A stretch of DNA of 64,000 nt, taken from IMG/VR virus record IMGVR_UViG_3300037483_000443, positions 71,655 to 135,654 of that record; one strand, given 5' to 3'. Every line of letters begins with the position of its first letter. The first letter of the stretch is position 1. Below are positions 19,937-29,318 of the stretch, piece by piece. Under the pieces are notes generated by a model, which saw only the letters and a list, made by a program, of their open reading frames with translations, did not search any database and was not told the origin of the DNA. Made by a program: the position numbers and the translations under genes. Origin of the DNA: a virus.

Positions 19937-20395
19937 GACATCACTCCTTGTCAGCCGAACCGCGTTGAATAGATTGGCGACGCTTAAGCGCCAACATAGA
20001 AGCATGGGCTTCCAGCATACCGCGACGCTGAGATTTGGACTGGCCGATCAGCATGATCTTGAGAGACTTTGGGCACTTGAAGTGTTTGTCGAGCATTTTT
20101 GTTTCTCCGGTTGGATTGATCTATTGAAATAACATTTTAACACATACATCTGTGAAAGTAAACAAGAAAGTGAAACGGCGTTGATCAATTAAGACCGACG
20201 CCGTCATGTCATTGAAGCACAAGTCCTGCAGTCAATTACTACTTAAGACTAATGGATTACCTTAATCAGCAGCATTGATGAATGTAGCACCGATGATCGT
20301 ACAGAGCAAGACAGTGACTTATTAAACCTGAGGACTTTGACAAGTACCTCAGGCTTGGTTGGACGTTTAGATCTTAAGACCTTTTATAGCATCTC

Positions 20396-21031
20396 TTAAC
20401 CGATTTTTTCACCGGTGACATGGTTTGTTACAATGTCATCTTGGCTACGATATGTTTTAATCTTATCACCACGCATCCCAGCTCCTCGAAGATCTCTCTT
20501 TTCATCGTTCTTTCGTTTCTGCTCTTGATTAGAAAAATAACTTCTAACTTTTGCTTCAAGAAGAGATCTAGCATTTTTCTTGTTGGTATGTTGACAACGC
20601 TCTCTAGCAATTGCTTCTATTCCAGTAGGAATGTGCCGCATGACAACACATGAGTCTGTTGTATTAACATGTTGTCCACCCGGACCGCTAGATTTCTTGG
20701 TGAAGACCGTGATGTCACGATCGTTCAACTTCCACTCAGCTTCTTCTGGAACGATCATTGCTACTACCGTCACTGTTGAAGTGTGAACTCGTCCTTTACG
20801 TTCAGTGGGTGGGATTCGTTGCCACCGGTGACCGCCCGACTCTTGGAGCAATCCCCGGACGAGATTGTCTGGCCCATCGATCGTTAGATTGATTCAGCCG
20901 TGTTGCTCTTCAAAGTCAACTCGAGCGTTGATCCGCTCTGCAAATCGTGCGTAGATGGTAGCTTGGTCATTGACCAAGAGCTTTGCGTCTTCTCCGCCCT
21001 CACCTGGGCGGATCTCTAAACTGATCTTCAT
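20396..21031 (-). CDS. short RF1-type peptide chain release factor with in-frame UGA at codon 46 (20894-20896)
   Basis: ATG 21031 with AGGAG RBS: MKISLEIRPGEGGEDAK...EEQHG*INLTIDG...ESGGHRWQRIPPTERKGRVHTS...GPGGQHVNTTDS; both parts in one frame. Confidence 0.85.
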
Positions 21032-21083
21032 GTCTTTCTCCTAGTTGTGTTGTTTTCTTGAACTTCAAGTGAACATATCAACG

Positions 21084-22070
21084 CTAGGAGTCTTTCTTTC
21101 CAACAAGGTGTCCTGTTCCATTGCAACAAGAACATTCTGAGATTGGTTGATTTAGATGAAACATTAGCTCGTTAAGATAAAGCCTTACATTCTCGATCAA
21201 GTCTTCAAGAGAATTACCCTTGAAACCTTCGATCGGAGTGTAGCCTTTGTACTTGTTGATGTTGTCTGTCATCTCGAAAATCTCAACTAATTTCGTGGTG
21301 ACAGTACGATTAGTGATGCGAGGGCGAGCGTATGATTTCCCATTTGGCTTCTTCTCTTCGTAAGTGTTCACGATCGGTTTGATCTGAATCTTTTTCTTGA
21401 CAGTAAAGCAGAAGTCATAGTCACTCGTAACTTCAGCATACATGCGATCAAGGTTCTCCTTGACATATTGACGCACAATCTTGTATGATTGTGCTGAAGT
21501 GATGTAACATGGACGCTTGTGCAAGAGCAAGTCGGGGATCAACATCTTCTCAAGTTCGTACCAATTCACGACCGTGCTCAAGTCAAGTTCTTTAACCTTC
21601 TCCCATGCTCCGTCGTTCTTGATTCGAATCTTCATGTCTGATATGCTTCCAGGCAACTCGACTTCGATTTCGCCACAGTACTTGAATTCTGCAGGGTTGG
21701 TTACCCACTTGGAGGGTTCTTGATCAAATTCAGAACGATACAGTGACTGGAGCGTTGCGTGTTTTCCAGTCCATTCTCCGTCGTTATCATTGACCTCGGC
21801 TGGCCAGAGAACTGGCTGGAACCTATCTGCTAGAGATTCATCGATCAAAATGTACCGCTTGTTGATGAAACTACCGGTAGTGAACACTTCGTAAGATGAA
21901 GCTTCAGTTTCACCGGGGACAAAGTACCAAGACTGGTGAAAAGTAGGCATGATCGTCTGACCATTGATGCGGTGGCGATTTACGTCAAATACTTTCTGCC
22001 GTTCGCTTCCGTAGAACACAGAAGAAGCAACGTAGATGCCATTTGCTGACTTGTACCAATCAATTTTCAT
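21084..22070 (-). CDS. hypothetical protein with C-terminal CxxCxGxG
   Basis: 328 aa, AGGAG RBS before MKIDWY. Confidence 0.75.
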   Translation of the reverse strand: MKIDWYKSANGIYVASSVFYGSERQKVFDVNRHRINGQTIMPTFHQSWYFVPGETEASSYEVFTTGSFINKRYILIDESLADRFQPVLWPAEVNDNDGEWTGKHATLQSLYRSEFDQEPSKWVTNPAEFKYCGEIEVELPGSISDMKIRIKNDGAWEKVKELDLSTVVNWYELEKMLIPDLLLHKRPCYITSAQSYKIVRQYVKENLDRMYAEVTSDYDFCFTVKKKIQIKPIVNTYEEKKPNGKSYARPRITNRTVTTKLVEIFEMTDNINKYKGYTPIEGFKGNSLEDLIENVRLYLNELMFHLNQPISECSCCNGTGHLVGKKDS

Positions 22071-22081
22071 GTCTTCTCCTC

Positions 22082-22411
22082 TCAGAGGAACGAGATACTT
22101 GCTTTTGCCTTGAAAGTTCCAGCTTTCTGAACTTCCGGCCAATATTTAATGACGTCTTCGATCAGGTCAAGTGACGTTCTAAAGTCGGCTTCGATCGTCT
22201 GAATGCCTGCGCTGTACGCAAGAGGGTCTCCCTCTTCAGTGATGAACGTCACACTATTATCGCCAATCAAATCTTTTTCAGTGGACTTTGCGAACGTCAT
22301 CATGATACGTCCACAAAGTGTATAGGTACGAAGCACGGTGTCTCCGAACTGTCCGCTCATTCCGCGAACGTTGCAGGCCTCGATGATGTCAAACAGACCT
22401 TTGCGGTACAC
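22082..22411 (-). CDS. hypothetical protein, start uncertain
   Basis: frame stays open upstream to a TAG at ~22481-22483. Confidence 0.5.
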   Translation of the reverse strand: MYRKGLFDIIEACNVRGMSGQFGDTVLRTYTLCGRIMMTFAKSTEKDLIGDNSVTFITEEGDPLAYSAGIQTIEADFRTSLDLIEDVIKYWPEVQKAGTFKAKASISFL

Positions 22412-22489
22412 ATGTCGCAGAAACTTGTCAAATGTTTGTTGAAGTACGTACTTTTGAGCGTTGCAGTATCGTTCATTTGACTACAGTTT

Positions 22490-22730
22490 TCTGTCCTCCC
22501 CGGGTTTCAATCCGGATCAACGGTGCACCAACCCAACCGTATAAGTGAGAAGTTCCCACGATCTGTTTGGCTTGCTGCCTATATCACGGTAGTAGTAACG
22601 AACATGTGTTAGTTTCCAAAACTATGAGCTTATGCCCTTTATTACTTTTGCACTTCTTCTACACGCTTCTCACGGCAGTCCCGAACTTCCTCTACACAAC
22701 ATAAGTGTGCAGCGATAGGCCGGACGTTAA
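22490..22730 (-). ncRNA. RNase P RNA-like gene (compact, divergent 3' end)
   Basis: ATCGCTGC-P3(ACAC/GTGT)-AGAGGAAGTTCGGG; P5 CTGCC/GGCAG-CAAG; P6 GTGAGAAG/CTTCTCAC; AGTGCAAAAG; P15 GCCAA/TTGGT. Confidence 0.65.
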
Positions 22731-22732
22731 AC

Positions 22733-22807
22733 TGGTCTCTCTACCCAGACTTGAACTGGGATCTAAAACTTAGGAGGTTCTTATGCTATCCATTGCACTA
22801 TAGAGAG
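22733..22807 (-). tRNA. tRNA-Arg(CCU)
   Basis: cloverleaf, loop CTCCTAA, CCA encoded. Confidence 0.85.
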
Positions 22808-23778
22808 ATTGACCTTCTTATATCACGCTCACCTCTAGGGCTCTTTGCCCAAACTGTCATTCACAAACTTCAACTTGGAGAAAAGCAAAATCTCATCCAA
22901 ACTGGAACTGAGCTACGAGGGCTATGTTACGACTCAAGAACCTTATTACGATAGAAAGAGATCATCATGTAATCTGGGAAGGGTTTGAGAACTTCAGAAA
23001 GAAAGTTCATCTCGTCTGAACGATAACCACTCAGTTTGTGATCTTGAATACACGCCATGTAGATCTTTTCAGCATCAACACGTGCTGTTTTATCTCCTTC
23101 GGCAAAACGCCGAACTACATTCTTTTCTTCGTTCGTCAACATTTCATTACCTCCACATCTATTTAATGCGTTTGGTCCAGCGATAAACTCTCTTCTCACC
23201 ATTGTCATTCACTGTGATAGGGTATCCACAAGATTAACGAACTGGTCAATCTTCCAGAATTTAAGGACACCATTCAGGTGGACAACACTTTAACTACACC
23301 AAGCTATTTGATTGTATATAGTGAGAACTTTACTAACCGTGAAGCATTCCTGTCCAAAGTGGAAGAGTTCTATTCAAAGAACAGTTAATGGTGATCCCGC
23401 CCAATTATAATTAGGGCAACGCCGCACAAGATGGCAATTATGCTAGGAATAAAATGTCCCCACGAATGTTGGTTTGGTGTGGATGTCAAGAGGCAAAAAA
23501 GAATGGTGTTACTCACTACCAACAATATTCCAAAAATTGTATTGTTCATGTCAGATCCTTCAGGATAAACCTTAAACACCAGTTGATATGATGCACTTCA
23601 TACCAAGCACATCACCGTGCTTGTTGGTATACGTTTCACTTTGAATTCCGGCAGCGTTGCACTTTGCAGATCAGCCAGACAAACAGGCCTTGCAAGATGA
23701 ACGCAATTACGATAATCATGATCCATGAAATATAGAAAATGATGAACGCAATGATCGCAATGAACTTCAAGAAAGTTT

Positions 23779-24177
23779 TCATATTAAGACCTTGTGCAAC
23801 AATGCGTAAACGTCTTTTGGATCCAACTTGTAGAGCTTGTTGTCACCAGAGATAAGCTTTCCGATCACGGTAACACGACCCTTCATACCCATGATCTCGT
23901 AGGTACGAGTACCGAAGACTACTTTCTTACCGATGTCATCGGTCGACAAGCCTTGAGAGAATCCATTGCGTTGCATGTCACGGAAGAACGTCGGATCAAC
24001 GTCGCCCATGACGTCTTTACTGAGAAACTCGATCTGTTTCAACTTGAAACCAGTTCCGTTGGCATCATACGTGATGTTGCTACTACCGAGGCTCAGATTA
24101 TGCTTCTTTGCAACAGCTTCCAATGCTTCTCTGATGTCTTTGTGAATGATCGCGATGTTTTGTTTGGTGATTGCCAT
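23779..24177 (-). CDS. hypothetical early protein
   Basis: GGAGG RBS behind promoter 24202-24230. Confidence 0.7.
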   Translation of the reverse strand: MAITKQNIAIIHKDIREALEAVAKKHNLSLGSSNITYDANGTGFKLKQIEFLSKDVMGDVDPTFFRDMQRNGFSQGLSTDDIGKKVVFGTRTYEIMGMKGRVTVIGKLISGDNKLYKLDPKDVYALLHKVLI

Positions 24178-24434
24178 GTTACCTCCGATTGCGATAGTGA
24201 AATTATATCACCTTGCACCGGAAAGTAAACACTTTATCAACGTTTTGATGCGTTGAAAACGATGATTTGTTCAGCTTGAGTCTTACAAGCTTTCAATTTC
24301 TTGGCTAACTCGGACTTTGGATTTTGGCGGATGAACTCTGCCATGATCAAACAGAGCTCGTACTGGTTAGTAACGGGTTGGGTCATTTCTTTCTCCTAAA
24401 ATGACATTCTATCCCATTGCGAGATAGAAGTAAA

Positions 24435-24977
24435 TTAGTCTCGGATCTTGAACACCGGCACTTCTTCGATGCCGTAGTGAACTTCTTTTTTGTAGAGATA
24501 GCCGTCAGTGCAGAGCTTATGCGTCTCATGATACCCGAGAGACAACGCCAGTTTCTTCTGAGCTGCCATCTGAACTTCAAAACGAGCACCTTGACGTGCC
24601 TTGTTACGAGCGTTGATCTGCTGAGTAAGCAGCTTGATCTTTGTGCGCTCATCCATCATGGCTTGTGTAATCTGAGCTTTTCCGATACCCGCCGGCCAAC
24701 GAGGATAATCAGGAGTATTCTCATACTCTACCGGTCCTAACTCTGCGTCGATCTTCTCTCTTTGAGCTTTGATCAGCTTGATTGCATCGTTGCACTTTTG
24801 TTGCTTGGCATAGAGCTGGTTGACCATCTTCTCAGCGTCTTCTCTCTCGAAAGCAACACCCTTGTTGCAGTGTCCCCTGTCTTCAAACTCACCCCAGGAA
24901 GCAGTTACTAGGAAGATAGTTTGGGTTACCACGAAATCATCAGCCATGCGATGCTCCTGTAAGACTATCGAGGACAT
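24435..24977 (-). CDS. hypothetical protein
   Basis: 180 aa ORF. Confidence 0.65.
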   Translation of the reverse strand: MSSIVLQEHRMADDFVVTQTIFLVTASWGEFEDRGHCNKGVAFEREDAEKMVNQLYAKQQKCNDAIKLIKAQREKIDAELGPVEYENTPDYPRWPAGIGKAQITQAMMDERTKIKLLTQQINARNKARQGARFEVQMAAQKKLALSLGYHETHKLCTDGYLYKKEVHYGIEEVPVFKIRD

Positions 24978-25088
24978 TGACTGCCCAATCAGCTACTTTA
25001 TGTCCACGCTTTACGCCGAGAATGATCTCAGAGATCATACACACGATCACCGAGAAGAAAACAGCTAGCAGAAGCTTTGCGAATCGCA

Positions 25089-25448
25089 TCATACTACCTT
25101 GTTGAGTTCCAGGAAACGGTCAGTCCGCATGACGGCCGTTGCGTTCGGCAGCTTCACGAAGTGTCCTGCAGCGTTGCGGTACATACCGTCGCGGTCTGTT
25201 GCAGCGACCAGTTCGATCTTGCGAGGGCCTTTGACGTCTGTCAGCTCGCGAACCAGGTACTTCATCACCACACCGAGGGTACGATCGGCGTTGTAACGCT
25301 TGGTCTTGCGGACGTCGGCAGCGCCGATCAGGCTTTCCTTCAGGATCTTCACGGAGTGACTAGCGTTACCGATAATCACGATCTTCTTGGTTTTGCCGGA
25401 ACCTTCAACCAGAATGTTTTTAACGAAAGAAGCGGTGTCTGCGTACAT
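25089..25448 (-). CDS. hypothetical early protein
   Basis: GGAGG RBS behind promoter 25484-25512. Confidence 0.7.
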   Translation of the reverse strand: MYADTASFVKNILVEGSGKTKKIVIIGNASHSVKILKESLIGAADVRKTKRYNADRTLGVVMKYLVRELTDVKGPRKIELVAATDRDGMYRNAAGHFVKLPNATAVMRTDRFLELNKVV

Positions 25449-25519
25449 GATTACCTCCAGTTTTGTTTAGTTGCGATAGAGTAATTATATCAAAGTGCTC
25501 AAGAAAGTAAACAACTTTG

Positions 25520-26200
25520 TTAGTAATTGATCAACTTTTCTCGGATATCTGCACGGTTCCACTGCTTTACCGGAAGAAGCGGATTCTGAGTATTATCATC
25601 ACTCTCGATGGCAATGGGAACGAACGACAGGCGGAAGAACGATCGAACATGACCAGCGCTAGCCGGATCACGACGATGAACAACGTAAGGATCAATGACG
25701 TAGATGTGGTTGGGCTTCACCGTCACATAATCAGTCTGTCGAGAGTCAAAGAAGTTGTGCAGATTGTGCTTCATCGGGTCAAAGTCAGATGGTACTGGTG
25801 TATTTGTTGTTGAGACTTGGGTTGGGAAGTTGTTTGACCAGATGTAATTCTGTTCGGGAACGTGTGGATACCGCATGGAGAAGCCGTCAACGTGCCAAAC
25901 ATCGTCGGTCTTGCTGGTAACTTCACCACTTCTTACCGTGAGGTAGACGAAGGGATGATACGTGAAGTGAGTCTTCTGGAACTCACAGCACTTCTCGATC
26001 GTTTCGCGCATCCACTCAAGCTCTGGTGGAATCATGAGCTCAGAACCATCAAAGCGAAGAGCCATCCGGAGAATGTATTGACGGTGATCAGGTGGAGTTA
26101 GAAAGTGTTCTCCGAGGTCTAGAGATTCAAGAGTGTCTGCCTGTGTTCCGTAGAGAGACAGCGTCAGGTTCTTGTCAAAGCGATTGAAAACTGTGCTCAT
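25520..26200 (-). CDS. possible 2OG-Fe(II) dioxygenase-fold protein
   Basis: WHVDG (HxD) plus distal VVHR and R.FFRLSF. Confidence 0.5.
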   Translation of the reverse strand: MSTVFNRFDKNLTLSLYGTQADTLESLDLGEHFLTPPDHRQYILRMALRFDGSELMIPPELEWMRETIEKCCEFQKTHFTYHPFVYLTVRSGEVTSKTDDVWHVDGFSMRYPHVPEQNYIWSNNFPTQVSTTNTPVPSDFDPMKHNLHNFFDSRQTDYVTVKPNHIYVIDPYVVHRRDPASAGHVRSFFRLSFVPIAIESDDNTQNPLLPVKQWNRADIREKLINY

Positions 26201-26211
26201 GAGAATCCCGG

Positions 26212-26514
26212 TTAGAAATCAAAGAAATCAACGTCATAGCTGATGACCAACTCAGTTGGAACTTCATCGATGAGAATCGGGGAGTACCAATCCGGACAAT
26301 CACCAAAAGAAAATTTACGAGATGTGCTGAACACCATCCGTCCTTCTTTAGTAGCAGCTTCGATCAGGTGAGCAATGTAGCGATATTCATGCTCAAAGTC
26401 TTTTGCAAACTGTTTGACTTTGTCCAAATCTACACAGAAAGATTCACTGGAGTATTCTACTTCGTCAAATTCGTTGAAGTGCTGATGAGTTTCTACGAAG
26501 AGGATAGGAGTCAT
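26212..26514 (-). CDS. hypothetical acidic protein
   Basis: behind promoter 26545-26573. Confidence 0.6.
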   Translation of the reverse strand: MTPILFVETHQHFNEFDEVEYSSESFCVDLDKVKQFAKDFEHEYRYIAHLIEAATKEGRMVFSTSRKFSFGDCPDWYSPILIDEVPTELVISYDVDFFDF

Positions 26515-26619
26515 ATCGATCTCAGTTTGATTTGCGATGGAATAATTATATCAAAGTGCTCAAGAAAGTAAACAAGTTTGTGGGAATTTTCGTCAAGAAT
26601 TTGACGTTTGAGGAGTGGG

Positions 26620-26688
26620 TACCCTGCCGCCGAGTCGAACGGCGCATTTAACTTTCGGAGAGTCAAAGCTAATTCCCTTAGGCAGGAT
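26620..26688 (-). tRNA. atypical tRNA-Arg(CCG), reduced D arm
   Basis: ATCCTGC/GCAGGGT acceptor, CTAA-GGGAA-TTAG mini D arm, loop CTCCGAA, T arm CGCCG-TTCGACT-CGGCG. Confidence 0.65.
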
Positions 26689-26781
26689 AAAGACGCTGTT
26701 AGCGACCTCGAATCTTCTCACAGCGGCCACCGAGATTGCTAGTGGACTTCAGCCTGATGCTTGTGCAGAGCGGGGACAAAA

Positions 26782-27372
26782 TTATTCGCCGTCAGGTTCA
26801 AGACCCTGAACAAATAGACGATCGTAGTAAGCCTTCGTCTTGATCTTCACCATGAAGTCATCACCCTTGGCGATAACTCCCTCGAAGACTGGATACTTAC
26901 CCTCACGCACGTCCAAGATGAACTGCTTATTGAGGTTGCCTTGGTAGATCACTTCGGCAGCTTGCGGTAAGTCTCCGTAGACATCAACGAATTGCTTCGG
27001 AGGGACAAAACCCTTCTTGAAGAGAAATACGTCGAACAGCTTCAATTCTTTCTGTTCAGTCTCATCGTGCTGTCCGGCAAAGCTTAATGGTCCGAAGAAT
27101 TCCGTAAATGCAGTGATGCGTTCTGGATTCCTGACGATCTGCTTCGTGCGGCGAACGATCTCATCTCCAAGGGTGTCCATGAAGAGCGGAATCGCTTCTC
27201 GATAGACCGGAGTAGAGGCATCAAACATCTGACGGCGAGTGCCAAACTTGTTCCATCCCTTCTTAGGAGACCACTCCCATCGAAGATTGGATCCGTCGTA
27301 CTTGTAGAAAGCGATGCATTGCTTTCCGATTGGAGCTTTACTAGCTCCGAGGATGCTGGGATACTGTAACAT
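26782..27372 (-). CDS. RNA ligase (adenylyltransferase domain only)
   Basis: motif I KYDGSN, III FTEFFG, IIIa FDV, IV EGVIAK, V VKIKT. Confidence 0.8.
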   Translation of the reverse strand: MLQYPSILGASKAPIGKQCIAFYKYDGSNLRWEWSPKKGWNKFGTRRQMFDASTPVYREAIPLFMDTLGDEIVRRTKQIVRNPERITAFTEFFGPLSFAGQHDETEQKELKLFDVFLFKKGFVPPKQFVDVYGDLPQAAEVIYQGNLNKQFILDVREGKYPVFEGVIAKGDDFMVKIKTKAYYDRLFVQGLEPDGE

Positions 27373-27400
27373 AACTGCCTTTCGGTGAAAGGCGAAGAGG

Positions 27401-27673
27401 TCAAACGCTAAGAGGGTCTTGAATCTCAGCTCGGTAAGTTCCGTCTGGTAGAGGAACTGCTACTGCTACTTTCTCAAGAGGTGAGAAAGGGTGCCGATTG
27501 GAGATTTCGAGGGCTCTCTGCTTTGCATCTTTGATCGCTTCTGCCTGTTTAATCTTTTCTTTCAATACCTTGACGGCATCGACAAAATCGGCTTCACTCT
27601 TGAAGTCAACGAATTGGCCGAAGATCTGAGTTGCTTCATCCGACGTGATCGGAACTTCTAAACAGGCTTCCAT
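27401..27673 (-). CDS. hypothetical protein
   Basis: 90 aa ORF with AGGAG RBS. Confidence 0.6.
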   Translation of the reverse strand: MEACLEVPITSDEATQIFGQFVDFKSEADFVDAVKVLKEKIKQAEAIKDAKQRALEISNRHPFSPLEKVAVAVPLPDGTYRAEIQDPLSV

Positions 27674-27699
27674 GATAGTTGATCTCCTATGATAATGTT

Positions 27700-27774
27700 T
27701 GGTGCCCTGATGCGGACTCGAACCGCAATAACCGGATTACAAAACCGGAGTAATAGCCTTTATACGATCAGGGC
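27700..27774 (-). tRNA. tRNA-Thr(UGU)
   Basis: cloverleaf, loop TTTGTAA, CCA. Confidence 0.85.
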
Positions 27775-27840
27775 AGTGGAGACTGGCATGAGGCTCTTAG
27801 CTTTTCATGCAAGAAGGTAATTAGCCTTCCGCCGCAGTCA

Positions 27841-27914
27841 GGGGTGACGTACGGGGTTCGAACCCGTGAGACAAGATTCACAGTCTTGGATGTTACCACT
27901 ACATTAACGCCACC
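27841..27914 (-). tRNA. tRNA-His(GUG)
   Basis: loop CTGTGAA, G-1/C73, ends CC-T. Confidence 0.85.
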
Positions 27915-27987
27915 GGTGCTCATTGTCAGAATCGAACTGACGTCTAATGCTTACGAAACATTTGTACTACCATTATACTAAACGAGC
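27915..27987 (-). tRNA. tRNA-Thr(CGU)
   Basis: loop TTCGTAA, ends CC-G. Confidence 0.85.
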
Positions 27988-27992
27988 AATTG

Positions 27993-28165
27993 ATCGGAGA
28001 GTTTAAGCACACTTTTCGGAATTCATCTGGAGATCGTATCAAAGTCCGATTCTTCGATCTCCTGTGCTGCGGGTTTCGCCGTGACGCATAGCAGTTAGCT
28101 GCGAGCTGGGACTTACCAGCTTCTCTCCGTAACCCACTCACCTTTCGGTGACCTCAAGTCACGAT
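27993..28165 (-). ncRNA. unassigned multi-hairpin RNA between tRNAs
   Basis: CGGAGAG/CTCTCCG closing helix; TCACC-GAAA-GGTGA, AGCTGG/CCAGCT, GGAGATCG/CGATCTCC. Confidence 0.45.
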
Positions 28166-28166
28166 C

Positions 28167-28239
28167 GGTGCTCCTACCGGGAATCGAACCCAGGACTAAT
28201 CCCTACCATGGATTTATTATGCCACTTAACTATAGGAGC
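28167..28239 (-). tRNA. tRNA-Thr(GGU)
   Basis: loop ATGGTAG, ends CC-G. Confidence 0.85.
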
Positions 28240-28530
28240 TTTGTTTTGAGCTCATCTATTTGAGAATAGAGAGCTTTTCTTGCAATTTCTGAAACTGGGT
28301 TGTACCACTTTATGCGAACTACTTCATATCCACTTTCACGTAGCTTTGAGTCTTTTCTTGCATCTTTTGCAGCAATTTCAAGAGCGATCTTTCCAGGGAG
28401 AAGAAAGTCTATGAAATATCTACCAACTTTAACCTCGCGTTGAAACTCTATCTTTTCTTTTTCAAACAATGAGATAAAATATTGCTCTGGATAACTAGGA
28501 ATAAGCTTAAATCTTGTCTTCCAACCAATC
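28230..28530 (-). pseudogene. truncated DUF559/Vsr-like endonuclease remnant
   Basis: SYPEQYF...GRYFIDF...IALEI...D..L...GYEVVRIKW, lacks the DG..H segment and a proper start. Confidence 0.6.
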
Positions 28531-28552
28531 GTTTAGAAGTTAAAAGTTCAAT

Positions 28553-28626
28553 TGGTAACTCCTAACAGAATCGAACTGTTGTATTCGCGATGTCGACGCG
28601 ACGCTCTACCATTGAGCTAAGGAGTT
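28553..28626 (-). tRNA. tRNA-Val(GAC)
   Basis: loop TCGACAT (C33), CCA. Confidence 0.8.
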
Positions 28627-28699
28627 GGTGCCGACGCCCAGAATCGAACTGGAGGTCCATGCTTACAAGGCATGTGTTATACCACTTAACTAAGCCGGC
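28626..28699 (-). tRNA. tRNA-Thr(UGU)
   Basis: loop CTTGTAA, CCA. Confidence 0.85.
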
Positions 28700-28703
28700 A
28701 ATT

Positions 28704-28778
28704 TGGTGGGCCGTGCTGGGGTTGAACCAGCGACCTTAGAATTATGAGTTCTCTACTCTACCGTTGAGTTAACGGCCC
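28704..28778 (-). tRNA. tRNA(CAU), probably Ile2
   Basis: loop CTCATAA, GGGCCGT acceptor, CCA. Confidence 0.8.
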
Positions 28779-28782
28779 AGGT

Positions 28783-28851
28783 TGGTAACTCCTACAGGAA
28801 TCGAACCGTGTATCTGTCGGTCGACAATGCTCTACCATGAGCTAAGGAGTC
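28783..28851 (-). ncRNA. tRNA-Val paralogue with collapsed anticodon loop
   Basis: acceptor/D arm nearly identical to 28553-28626 but arm is TGTC-GACC-GACA; CCA kept. Confidence 0.65.
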
Positions 28852-28920
28852 GGAAGGGAGAATCGAACTCACCGTCTGAGATTTTGCAGATCTCCGCATA
28901 AGCCACTTTGCTATTCCGAC
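28848..28920 (-). tRNA. tRNA-Cys(GCA)
   Basis: loop CTGCAAA, U73; 3' end overlaps next tRNA-like gene. Confidence 0.85.
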
Positions 28921-28928
28921 GTGTTATT

Positions 28929-29021
28929 TGGTACTCCTGCTGGGTAACGCTCCCAGTACTTGCCCTCATCTAGAGCCTTGGCGGGGTATAAAGCCGCTTG
29001 TTTTCTTTAAACTACAGGAGC
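28929..29021 (-). tRNA. tRNA-Ile(UAU)-like with long variable arm
   Basis: GCGG/CCGC stem with loop TTTATAC, variable hairpin GCTCT/AGGGC, T loop AGCGTTA, CCA. Confidence 0.65.
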
Positions 29022-29047
29022 AAAGCTTGAATCCCATTCTAGAGCAA

Positions 29048-29122
29048 GGTCCCGCCATTCGGAATCGAACCGACGCCTTCTGCTCTTCAGGCAGACGTAC
29101 ACACCAGATATACGATAGCGGG
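29048..29122 (-). tRNA. tRNA-Phe(GAA)
   Basis: loop CTGAAGA, ends CC-T. Confidence 0.8.
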
Positions 29123-29208
29123 ATGATAAGGGACTTTCACCCTCTCATTGACGTGGCTCCGGTCTCTAACGACCACTTGAATACCTTAAGTACCGGCTCT
29201 CTTCAATT

Positions 29209-29284
29209 TGGCAGGGGGTGGGAGACTCGAACTCGCCTAACCTGGTTTCAAAGACCAGTATGCATACCCTTGCATCTACCCCCA
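29209..29284 (-). tRNA. tRNA-Gln(UUG)
   Basis: loop CTTTGAA, G73, CCA. Confidence 0.8.
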
Positions 29285-29318
29285 ATTGTAAATACTCGAA
29301 ACATTCTGAGGAATCATC

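Noticed and set aside
20340-20372. Separate 3' piece of the RNase P-like RNA (GGCTTGGTTGGACGTT can pair with its 5' end)
   Set aside because: On the opposite strand with no promoter and poor P4 match; likely chance
20845-20896. SECIS element for selenocysteine at the release factor UGA
   Set aside because: Only a short hairpin, position is not a catalytic Cys site, no Sec machinery seen
22907-22923. tRNA 5' fragment GCCCTCGTAGCTCAGTT
   Set aside because: No matching 3' half nearby; treated as a deletion remnant
28929-29021. Ochre (UUA) suppressor
   Set aside because: The UUA register leaves two stem mismatches; the UAU register pairs better
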